A DNA stretch of 64,000 bases from a virus, in IMG/VR virus record IMGVR_UViG_3300031576_000009, positions 37,721 through 101,720 of that record; one strand, given 5' to 3'. Shown piece by piece: positions 1 through 7,627 of the stretch. The translations under genes were made by a program, and so were the position numbers. Each line of letters begins with the position of its first letter. Position 1 is the first letter of the stretch. The notes below the pieces were generated by a model that did no database searches, had not been told where the DNA came from, and was given only the letters and a program-made list of their open reading frames with translations.

Positions 1-125
1 GCCATCTCGATCCGCACGTTCATGCGATTGATCAGTTTGATCGCGATCGGCTTGCCGACGTGCTTCGCCACGCGATTGAAGTGGATCGCACGGAGTAGGT
101 TTGATCGGTGTGGTTCGTTCATCAT
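1..125 (-). CDS. hypothetical protein, 5' part only (runs off window)
   Basis: ATG overlaps upstream stop (ATGA); frame MMNEPHRSNLLRAIHF... open to window edge. Confidence 0.6.
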   Translation of the reverse strand, partial: MMNEPHRSNLLRAIHFNRVAKHVGKPIAIKLINRMNVRIEM

Positions 126-547
126 GATCCACCACCTCGACGATCACGCTCGTGTCGCTCTCGATCTGCTTTCTGCAAATTCTCCAGGCGATCCACGAAA
201 CGCTCCATGCCCAACTGGGTCCGATTGTGAAAGTCGCGATCCTGCTCTTCGTGCATCGTCTGTCGAGTTTCCTGCTTGATCATCCGACCATTCAGTTTCG
301 CCATCTCGGTCTGTACTTCACCAATCTTCATCTCGATGCCGGACAGATCGCGACGGTGATCGGCACGAAAGAGATCGAACTCCTGCTTGTTCTCCTTGCG
401 GAGCTCCAAGATCGATCCCTGCATCGCTGACTGGCTATGATCGATCTTCGAACGCAGCTGTCGCGCCATGCGCAGCATGCCGACGAAGCCCGTCGTCATG
501 AAGAACAAGATCAGCCCACTTAGGACTTCGCCCCAGTTGATCGACAT
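122..547 (-). CDS. membrane-anchored coiled-coil protein (holin/spanin-like architecture)
   Basis: Start re-called at MSINWGEVL; N-terminal TM (VLSGLILFFMTTGFVGML) then heptad-rich helix. Confidence 0.65.
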   Translation of the reverse strand: MSINWGEVLSGLILFFMTTGFVGMLRMARQLRSKIDHSQSAMQGSILELRKENKQEFDLFRADHRRDLSGIEMKIGEVQTEMAKLNGRMIKQETRQTMHEEQDRDFHNRTQLGMERFVDRLENLQKADRERHERDRRGGGS

Positions 548-750
548 GCGTTCTCCATACGCTTGATCGCCCGAGCTAGATGGCAGAACTGTGAACGATT
601 GAACTGTCGGTTTTGCAGAATCTCCTGCCGGTTCCTCTGTGACTGTTTGGCGAGCTCCTCCGGCGGATAGGTAACCCGCAGTCCCGTAAGCGTCGCAACA
701 ATAATCAACACGGAGGCGCACGCGATGACGATGATGGTCCAGATCACCAC
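520..750 (-). CDS. small single-TM protein (start uncertain)
   Basis: Hydrophobic VVIWTIIVIACASVLIIVATL followed by helical tail; fills gap between neighbours. Confidence 0.55.
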   Translation of the reverse strand: MVIWTIIVIACASVLIIVATLTGLRVTYPPEELAKQSQRNRQEILQNRQFNRSQFCHLARAIKRMENACRSTGAKS

Positions 751-782
751 CCGCTCGCCGGTCAGCGGGCGCCAACGTCGCG

Positions 783-1616
783 CTACCCCTGGCTCTGCCA
801 ACGATGCGCTTCCAGGCTCTTCTTCCATGCCTCGAATCCCGGTGGGAGGTCGATGTCGATCGGAAAGCGCTGGCCGCTGATCTCCATGTGCCAGCAGAAC
901 ATCCGCGTATCGACGAGGAAGGGGAACCGCTTCGTGACGAGCGACTTCCATCGCGTCTTGGCCAATGCCTTCGACTCGATGACTCTGGTACAGAAGTTCA
1001 GGTCCTCGGTGCCGACCTGCCGTGCCCACATTCCCGTCTCGGGATCACAGAACGTGGCCCGCGGCGTGATGAACACCTGACGGACCTCGCTGCGATCGGA
1101 CAGGCGAATCTTCGACGCCTTCTTCGCCATCGCTATCAGGAGCTCGCGATGAATCATGGTGAAGCCCATGCCCATTCCATCGCACCACACCTGGTCACCG
1201 AGCTTGAAGTCCCGGAACGCCCCGTTGCCGCGCCCGCGGTAGATGAGCGGCTCCGCCGGGTAGCTCTTGGTGTAGTACAGACCGGCGATGATCGGCGTGG
1301 GAGGCTTCCGCATGAACTCGTCCGCCCAGATGAACGTGTTCGGAGGACAGAGCACGTCGTGATCGAGGAAGAAGAGCCACTCCCGTCCGTTCTGCAGGAA
1401 GGTACGCACCAGCAGATTGCGCGCCTCGGCGACGCTGTAGCCCAGCGTCGAGGAAGTCAGCTGGGCCGTGTGCGTCGACTCCCAGTTGGTCGGGATAATG
1501 ATGCCCGAGTTGGCCAGATGCCACTCGTACCGAATGACGCCCGTCGTCGGGATGCAGAGATGCACCCGTGGCCGATGCGGCGTCTTGTTCACCTTCAGGT
1601 CGAGTACTTTTCCCAT
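783..1616 (-). CDS. GT-A fold glycosyltransferase (GT2-like)
   Basis: LCIPT, ARNLLV, LFFLDHD (DxD), GMGFTMIHR, TEDLNFC, WH motifs; start re-called at MGKVLD. Confidence 0.85.
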   Translation of the reverse strand: MGKVLDLKVNKTPHRPRVHLCIPTTGVIRYEWHLANSGIIIPTNWESTHTAQLTSSTLGYSVAEARNLLVRTFLQNGREWLFFLDHDVLCPPNTFIWADEFMRKPPTPIIAGLYYTKSYPAEPLIYRGRGNGAFRDFKLGDQVWCDGMGMGFTMIHRELLIAMAKKASKIRLSDRSEVRQVFITPRATFCDPETGMWARQVGTEDLNFCTRVIESKALAKTRWKSLVTKRFPFLVDTRMFCWHMEISGQRFPIDIDLPPGFEAWKKSLEAHRWQSQG

Positions 1617-1644
1617 CGGTACCTCTACAGACGGAAGCCACTCA

Positions 1645-2031
1645 TCAGTAACCTCGCCGCTGAATGCGCTGTGCGACCCGGCGTTGAATGTCCCGACCGC
1701 GCGCCCGTGCGATGAGGCCCACGCGCCGCGTCCGCGCCTGAGCAACGACCGTTCGCGCGCCGCGCGCTGCGCTGGACATACCGAACTTGAGCCCGCTCGT
1801 GATCGCCTTCGAGATGCCGAGTCGTGACGCTGCTGCGCCGCCGAGCACTCCTGCGCCCAGAACCCCAGCTGCAAGGAGGCCGTATCCGGCCACCCTCCCG
1901 GCCCGGCCGAGATCACGATATGTTGCTCCACTCTTCGTCCGCTTCGTCCCACGGCCACTGCCGCTCTTACCCTCGTTCAGCCGAGCGAACATGGCAGCGC
2001 GCTGCTGCGGAGACATACGAGTAACGGGCAT
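1645..2031 (-). CDS. Arg-rich protein with QRAAMFARL leader and one Gly-rich hydrophobic segment
   Basis: Leader shared with three nearby ORFs; YGLLAAGVLGAGVLGGAAA segment. Confidence 0.8.
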   Translation of the reverse strand: MPVTRMSPQQRAAMFARLNEGKSGSGRGTKRTKSGATYRDLGRAGRVAGYGLLAAGVLGAGVLGGAAASRLGISKAITSGLKFGMSSAARGARTVVAQARTRRVGLIARARGRDIQRRVAQRIQRRGY

Positions 2032-2033
2032 GA

Positions 2034-2621
2034 TCAAATCTCCTGTGATCCCTTCTGCGCGATATTGACCTTACGTTTCACGCCGACCTTGAGGAGCTTC
2101 TTCAAGAGCTCCGGCTCCTTCACGACACGCATGATGACTTCCATGTTGCCGACCACGTTCCATTCCAGCCGCTCCAGGAAGAGCGGCGGTGGCTCGTAAA
2201 TGCGGTACAGGATGTTCGGCTGACCGTTCTGTGGGCGTGGATCGAAGTACTGCCAGGTGGCCTCGTTGAACCCCGGTCGCGTGTGCGTCGGGTCCTGGTA
2301 GGCACCGAACGAGCCTGCGTACGGTACCGAGATCAGCACCTGACAGCCATGCTTCCCGACCCGGTAGATTTCGGCCATGACCGCGAGGAAGTTCCGCGGA
2401 TCGATGTGCTCCAGGATATGGCTGGCGAGGATCGTGATGCAGCTGTCATTCGGGATCGGCCACGGCATCTTCTCCAAATCGTGGATGAAGTCCGCTTCGG
2501 GGATCGGACGCTTGTCCATCCCAACGTAGCCCTGCTGCTTCGCCCGACCACAGCCGATGTCGAGCTGGATGCCGCCCTTCTCATCGAGCAGCTTCTGCAG
2601 TTCGTCGTGTGCGACGGCCAT
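2034..2621 (-). CDS. class I SAM-dependent methyltransferase (type 11-like)
   Basis: LDIGCG motif I, SHILEHI, EIYRV, DPTH. Confidence 0.9.
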   Translation of the reverse strand: MAVAHDELQKLLDEKGGIQLDIGCGRAKQQGYVGMDKRPIPEADFIHDLEKMPWPIPNDSCITILASHILEHIDPRNFLAVMAEIYRVGKHGCQVLISVPYAGSFGAYQDPTHTRPGFNEATWQYFDPRPQNGQPNILYRIYEPPPLFLERLEWNVVGNMEVIMRVVKEPELLKKLLKVGVKRKVNIAQKGSQEI

Positions 2622-3347
2622 TCACGTACTCCTCTGTCGACGACGATCCCGAATCCGCTGCCAGAAGGACAGCGTCGGTGACGCCGTGATGTGGTACAGT
2701 CTGCGAATCTGGTGCGCCTGGCGCGTGGCAGGCAACGCAGTCGACGCGAGCGTGCCGGCCGCGAAGAGGATCGCACCCTTCCCGGAAACCTTTGGCTGCT
2801 CCTCGATGAGCCGCGGCTGACTCCGATGGTGCTGGAGCTTGATGCCGGTGTACGCCGTACCGACAGCTGCCGCCGCGAGCGGGACGACATGCCCGAGCAG
2901 AAAGCCCATGCGGGTGCTGGTCAGATTATTGCGCGACCATATCCGCTTCGGCGTGTAGATCGGAATCGAGTGGACGAGCGCGCGTTCACCTAGAAAGCTG
3001 CTGACGCCCAGCAGGGCTTGCCCCAAGAGCGCCTTCTTCTTCGTCCGCACGGTCTCGGAGGCCGGCTTCCCCCGGAACTTCTGAGCAAAAATTGTGCCAA
3101 TTACCGGTGCGGCGGCGTAGGCGGCCACATACGGACCCCATGCCTTGGGGAACTTCCGCAGGGGGACGTGGGAGACACTCTCACGGATCGCAAAACCACC
3201 CGCCAGGAGGCTCCCAGAGCCCACCAGAGCCATTTGCACGCCGGGGGATAGCTTCCCCCACCGACGCTTCACGACACGGGCTCCTCTGCGGACCTGACGC
3301 AGCCGAGCGAACATCGCCCGCCGCTGGTCGTCCGGGATGAGCCTCAC
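2622..3347 (-). CDS. Arg-rich protein with QRRAMFARL leader, several hydrophobic segments
   Basis: GTGA coupling; leader at residues 8-16. Confidence 0.8.
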   Translation of the reverse strand: MRLIPDDQRRAMFARLRQVRRGARVVKRRWGKLSPGVQMALVGSGSLLAGGFAIRESVSHVPLRKFPKAWGPYVAAYAAAPVIGTIFAQKFRGKPASETVRTKKKALLGQALLGVSSFLGERALVHSIPIYTPKRIWSRNNLTSTRMGFLLGHVVPLAAAAVGTAYTGIKLQHHRSQPRLIEEQPKVSGKGAILFAAGTLASTALPATRQAHQIRRLYHITASPTLSFWQRIRDRRRQRST

Positions 3348-3829
3348 AGGCGGAGCCTCGCCCGGAAGAGCCGCTGGACCCGGCCACTCGACCCGATGAG
3401 CCCTCCGATGAGCTGCGGCCCGACCTTCTCGATCTTCTGACGCTCTGTGCGGCGCCCGAGGATTGTCCGGCGGATGAGGTAATCCCCAAGCACGTAGGCC
3501 GGAATCTCGACCGCGGCCGTACGCAGGATGTTTCCCGCGAGTACGCGCCCACGTACGCGTGTGCGAAAGAGCTTCGTCCCGCGGCCCACGGCCCGCGCGG
3601 AGGCGCGCACGCCGAAGCGGCCGAAGAACTTGGTCACCGGGCGTGCAGCGCCGAGCCTGCTAGTCAGGTAGCCACCCACGGCGAAGGCCGGAATCGCGAT
3701 CGCGGTCTCGGTCACGTACGGATGGCGCTGATAGAACGAACGAGCGATTGCCTGACCTCGTGCGATGGGTCGAGCTCCACGGAGCCGAGCGAAGATTGCA
3801 CGACGCTGTTGTTCGTTCTGGAAGGTCAT
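3344..3829 (-). CDS. Arg-rich protein with QRRAIFARL leader
   Basis: Start re-called at MTFQNEQ (ATGA overlap with upstream stop). Confidence 0.8.
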   Translation of the reverse strand: MTFQNEQQRRAIFARLRGARPIARGQAIARSFYQRHPYVTETAIAIPAFAVGGYLTSRLGAARPVTKFFGRFGVRASARAVGRGTKLFRTRVRGRVLAGNILRTAAVEIPAYVLGDYLIRRTILGRRTERQKIEKVGPQLIGGLIGSSGRVQRLFRARLRL

Positions 3830-4365
3830 GTGAGAAGCTTCAGTACAGGTTGGGTCTTCGCCATCCACACACGCATATTTCGCATGCGGGCCGCAGGCGT
3901 GTAGGTTGGTGCGAAGGTCCGCTTCAGCACCGATCTCATTTTCGCACTCGCTGACCACATCTTTGGGCGAACGCTTCGCGTGACAACACGAACGACGTTC
4001 CGAATACCTCCCGGCCCGAGAGCAGCGATCGGGAGTGAGGCAAGTCCGCCGACAACAAAACCAGCACTCTGCTGCATCGTCGACTTCGTGCTCTTTTGCT
4101 TATCGACATTGAATCTATTCACGCCGCTGAGCGCAAGTGCCGTACCGGTAAGGAATCGCGACATCGACATCCTGGACAACACGACTGGAGCACCGCCGCG
4201 CCGCCGCCGAGCGGACATCATGGCCCGCGCGTTCCCACGCACGAGTATTCCCGTACCGGCTCCATACATCACCCCAGCACTGAAGCCCTTGCCGAAGGGG
4301 GTTGTCCCACGCAGCCGGGCGAACATGGCGCGGCGCTGTCGGTCATCTCGTCGTATGGTTCTCAT
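3826..4365 (-). CDS. Arg-rich protein with QRRAMFARL leader
   Basis: ATGA coupling; leader at residues 10-18. Confidence 0.8.
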   Translation of the reverse strand: MRTIRRDDRQRRAMFARLRGTTPFGKGFSAGVMYGAGTGILVRGNARAMMSARRRRGGAPVVLSRMSMSRFLTGTALALSGVNRFNVDKQKSTKSTMQQSAGFVVGGLASLPIAALGPGGIRNVVRVVTRSVRPKMWSASAKMRSVLKRTFAPTYTPAARMRNMRVWMAKTQPVLKLLT

Positions 4366-4583
4366 CCGCGGCTCGTGCCTGGATTGTGGAACTTGCGGAC
4401 AGCACGGTTGATCATGGTGTAGGCGATGTCGCGTGGTTCAGCAGAACGTGCCATCCGTCGACGATGCTGCTTGCGTCGCTGCTTGTAGGCCTGCTTTTGC
4501 GCAGGGGTCATCGGCTGACGACGCCGTTGAGAAGCGATGGCTGGAGGGCGACGAGTCGTTGTGGCGGATGTGACCCGTCTCAT
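4362..4583 (-). CDS. small basic protein
   Basis: Fills operon gap, coupled to downstream gene, GGAGGG upstream. Confidence 0.65.
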   Translation of the reverse strand: MRRVTSATTTRRPPAIASQRRRQPMTPAQKQAYKQRRKQHRRRMARSAEPRDIAYTMINRAVRKFHNPGTSRG

Positions 4584-4617
4584 CGCTCACCGCCCTCCAG
4601 CCCTGTCCAACAGGACA

Positions 4618-5178
4618 TCACGATACCCGCAGCTCGTACGTGGCGTTGACGTTCTGATCCGAGGTCCACTGCGAAGTCGGGTACGTCGCAGCGCACAGCA
4701 TGCTGCCACCCGACGAGGTGTTGAACGCGGCGATCGCGCCGATCGTCTTCGGACTGTCGGTTCCGAGATCGGCGCCGGCCCACGACGCGATCATCTGCAA
4801 GGTGCCCACCGAGGCGAGCAGCTTGCGGTTCGATCCAGTATCGGTCGTGTCGTTCAGGAGCTTGCGGCCCCCGAACTCTCCCTGCACAGAAGTATCAGCG
4901 GCGGCAGGGGCGGTCGTCTGCGTGGCGATCGCCAGGTGTGACACCGTCTTGTTGGCAGCGATGCCACCGATCGAGCGGACGATATACACGTCCTTCCCGT
5001 GATTGGTGACCTGGTTCTTGCGATAGCCGGAGTCGCCGAGAATCTCGCCGTTGCGCGCATCCGTGAGCTGCACACGCATGAAGCCACGAATGCCGACGAG
5101 ATCGACGTAACGGCCGGCACGACGGCGTGATCGCGATGCGGTGCGCCTGGATACGGGTTGCTTCTTGACACGAGCCAT
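4618..5178 (-). CDS. tail/baseplate structural protein (tail-collar/fibre-attachment-like) with Arg-rich N-terminus
   Basis: NQVTNHG...TAPAAADTSVQGE...FNTSSGGSML...VNATYEL pattern typical of phage tail-attachment proteins. Confidence 0.7.
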   Translation of the reverse strand: MARVKKQPVSRRTASRSRRRAGRYVDLVGIRGFMRVQLTDARNGEILGDSGYRKNQVTNHGKDVYIVRSIGGIAANKTVSHLAIATQTTAPAAADTSVQGEFGGRKLLNDTTDTGSNRKLLASVGTLQMIASWAGADLGTDSPKTIGAIAAFNTSSGGSMLCAATYPTSQWTSDQNVNATYELRVS

Positions 5179-5375
5179 CAGCCACTCACCTTCTTCCCTG
5201 CAGGAGGAGTCGCTGGACTGAGCCCAATGGTCACGGCGTCAGTCACGGATGTGTAGTCATCGGCGGTCGGCTTCTCCTTAAGCCCAAGGGCTTCCAGGAG
5301 CCGATCGCGAACCTCCGCAGGGAGCGCATCCAGCGCTGCCTGATCCAGGACGAGTGCCTTCCCAGTTTTCGCCAT
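5178..5375 (-). CDS. hypothetical protein
   Basis: TGATG coupling on both sides. Confidence 0.7.
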   Translation of the reverse strand: MAKTGKALVLDQAALDALPAEVRDRLLEALGLKEKPTADDYTSVTDAVTIGLSPATPPAGKKVSG

Positions 5376-5734
5376 CAGATTCTCGGGAGGATGAAGATTT
5401 CGATGCGCGTGTCTCCATTGGGAAACGATGACTCCAGACCGGACGGATCGTTAGCGTAGAACACGGCGAGGTATTTGCCCGGATCGTCCGTGTTGGTGAC
5501 CGCCCAGGCATAGACGAGTTGACCGCTGGTTCTCGGTAAGATGAAAGCGGCCGTCACCAGGGAGAGCGTCGACACCGTCTGGTCCTCTTTCCGCATGCTG
5601 AAGCGCGGATTCGTCCAGTCGGTGAAATTGAAGGGCAGCCCCGTGCTCTCCTTGATCACGGTCGCCACCAACACCGGGAGCCGATTGCCGGCGGTCAGAA
5701 AGGCCCGAGGAGTTCGTCCGCCGCTGATGGTCAT
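5375..5734 (-). CDS. BppU N-terminal-like baseplate Ig-fold protein
   Basis: GQLVYAW...DDPGKYLAVF...SFPN pattern. Confidence 0.7.
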   Translation of the reverse strand: MTISGGRTPRAFLTAGNRLPVLVATVIKESTGLPFNFTDWTNPRFSMRKEDQTVSTLSLVTAAFILPRTSGQLVYAWAVTNTDDPGKYLAVFYANDPSGLESSFPNGDTRIEIFILPRI

Positions 5735-6819
5735 GCCGCGAGGATTTCCATCGGTTTGTCATGGTACATCACGCTCGGCACGTCGTCGTACCAGATCACG
5801 TCCCCCAACACGTCTTGCCAGCTCACGTTCACGTGGACTTGGTCGTTCGGGATCGTACCGATCAGCATGGCAATTATATCAGCCAAACCGACGTTCTCAA
5901 CCGCCTGGATGGTGAGGACCGGTACGAATATCTTCAGGTTGTTCAGCAGGTCCTGTACCGTCATCGTCTCGGCCTTGTTGATCAGCAGCGGATTCAGGAA
6001 GAGCCGGGTGATCGCATCTTGTACCGAAACATTTTCCTGTAACCGGACGACGAGCGGGTTCACCAGGAGCTTGGTCACCACATCGGTTGGCGTCACGCTC
6101 TCCTGCAGCGCGATGCGCAGGGGATCGATGAAGAGCTTCGTCACCACATCGGCGAAGCTGAGCGTGTCGCTGACCCGGATCACGAGGCCGATCGAGATGA
6201 TCAGGAAGTCGGCGACCGTGACCGACTCCGCTCGATTGATAATGAGTGGGTTGATGAGGACGCGGACGACCGCATCCTGGAACACGGGCGAATCGGAGAC
6301 CGCGATCAGGAGCGGGCTCACGAAGAGCCTCGACACCACATCCGTCAGCGTCGCGGTATCGGAGACCCGAATGCGCAGCGGCTCGACGAAGAGCTTCAGG
6401 ACCGCATCAGCGATCGCCGGAGTCTCATTCGCCCGCACGAGGAGCGGGTTGATGATCAGCTTGACGACGGCGTCCTGGATACCCTGGTTCTCGATCGCCT
6501 GGAGCAGGAGCGGGCTCTCGAAGATGCGCACCAGGACATCTGTGATCGTCGCGGTATCGTTCGAGCGAATGATGAGTGGGGTGATGACCTCCTTCACCAG
6601 CTGATCGGTGAGGGTGGGATTCTCCATGGCCTGGACGATCAACGGATTGATCACCACCTTCACCACCATGTCGCTCGTCGTGATGGTGTCGTTGGTGCTG
6701 ATCCGCAGCGGCGAAGCGAAGAGCTTCACCAGCTGGTCCACAGCCGTCGCGTTCTCCGCGGCGTTGACTATCAACGCCGTGATGAGCTGCTGCGGAACGA
6801 AGAAGAGGAACCAGCTCAT
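5731..6819 (-). CDS. 22-aa tandem-repeat structural protein (~14 repeats)
   Basis: Units such as PLRISTNDTITTSDMVVKVVIN and PLLVRANETPAIADAVLKLFVE. Confidence 0.85.
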   Translation of the reverse strand: MSWFLFFVPQQLITALIVNAAENATAVDQLVKLFASPLRISTNDTITTSDMVVKVVINPLIVQAMENPTLTDQLVKEVITPLIIRSNDTATITDVLVRIFESPLLLQAIENQGIQDAVVKLIINPLLVRANETPAIADAVLKLFVEPLRIRVSDTATLTDVVSRLFVSPLLIAVSDSPVFQDAVVRVLINPLIINRAESVTVADFLIISIGLVIRVSDTLSFADVVTKLFIDPLRIALQESVTPTDVVTKLLVNPLVVRLQENVSVQDAITRLFLNPLLINKAETMTVQDLLNNLKIFVPVLTIQAVENVGLADIIAMLIGTIPNDQVHVNVSWQDVLGDVIWYDDVPSVMYHDKPMEILAA

Positions 6820-7220
6820 TGACTACCGGTTCTCTTCTTCAGCTTCTTCGTATCGAGATCGAAGATATAGGACGCCGGCACAGTCTTCTTCTCCTTCGTC
6901 ACGCGTGCGGCGATCTGATCGAACTGTCCCTGCAGCTCCTGTAGACGACGCTGGTTCGGCGTCTGGCACTCGACAATCCTTCGCTTGAGGAGCTCCGCCT
7001 CCAGGACGATATTGGTCAACTTCAACTGATCGACCTCAGAGAGGTCAATCTCCGCCGGCCCTGGCAGGGTGGTAGTTGTCGACGATACCGGGTCTGTTGT
7101 CGTACTCGCAATATTCGTCTTGACCGTTGTCATTGTGGTGGAAACTTCCGCCGATTCGCTCGGGCGTCCGCCACCCGATCCAAGAACCAGCAGCATCACA
7201 ATCACTTGGTACTGTCTCAT
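6816..7220 (-). CDS. signal-peptide protein with Thr-rich linker and coiled coil
   Basis: MRQYQVIVMLLVLG; STTTTTLP. Confidence 0.75.
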   Translation of the reverse strand: MRQYQVIVMLLVLGSGGGRPSESAEVSTTMTTVKTNIASTTTDPVSSTTTTLPGPAEIDLSEVDQLKLTNIVLEAELLKRRIVECQTPNQRRLQELQGQFDQIAARVTKEKKTVPASYIFDLDTKKLKKRTGSQ

Positions 7221-7385
7221 TGTACCTCTTCCTTGTCTCTGTACTTGTACATCATGTTATCGAGTACGGCTTCGGTGGGGGTTAATGCTCGGCACCGCTC
7301 CCACCGTTGTTCACGCCCGTCGCCCGAGCCGCCGATGGTATTAATCCAGCAGCAGGGCGCAGAGGATGCCGCCCCAGACACGGCC

Positions 7386-7616
7386 TCACGGCATGACTCC
7401 GACCTGCAGCTCCTCGGGCAGTGTGGTCGTGGTGGTGGTCGAGGTCGGCGGTGTCACCGCAGGCGGCAAGGAACACGCCCACATCAGGCGTCGATCCGCC
7501 TGCACGTGCATGCACATCAGCACCTGCTGGGCGTGCCACGAGGTGAACATCGCGTAGGCGAGCCCCATGGTGGCGAGCAACCCGATCGCTCCGAGTCCGA
7601 CGTACATCCACTTCAC
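7386..7616 (-). CDS. small single-TM protein with Thr-rich tail
   Basis: GGGAG RBS; TM; TSTTTTTTLP. Confidence 0.7.
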   Translation of the reverse strand: MKWMYVGLGAIGLLATMGLAYAMFTSWHAQQVLMCMHVQADRRLMWACSLPPAVTPPTSTTTTTTLPEELQVGVMP

Positions 7617-7627
7617 TCTGATCTCCC

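Noticed and set aside
3300-4338. QRRAMF as a Tat signal
   Set aside because: Fits RRx-hydrophobic loosely, but one copy has RA and no h-region follows directly; kept only as a minor alternative.
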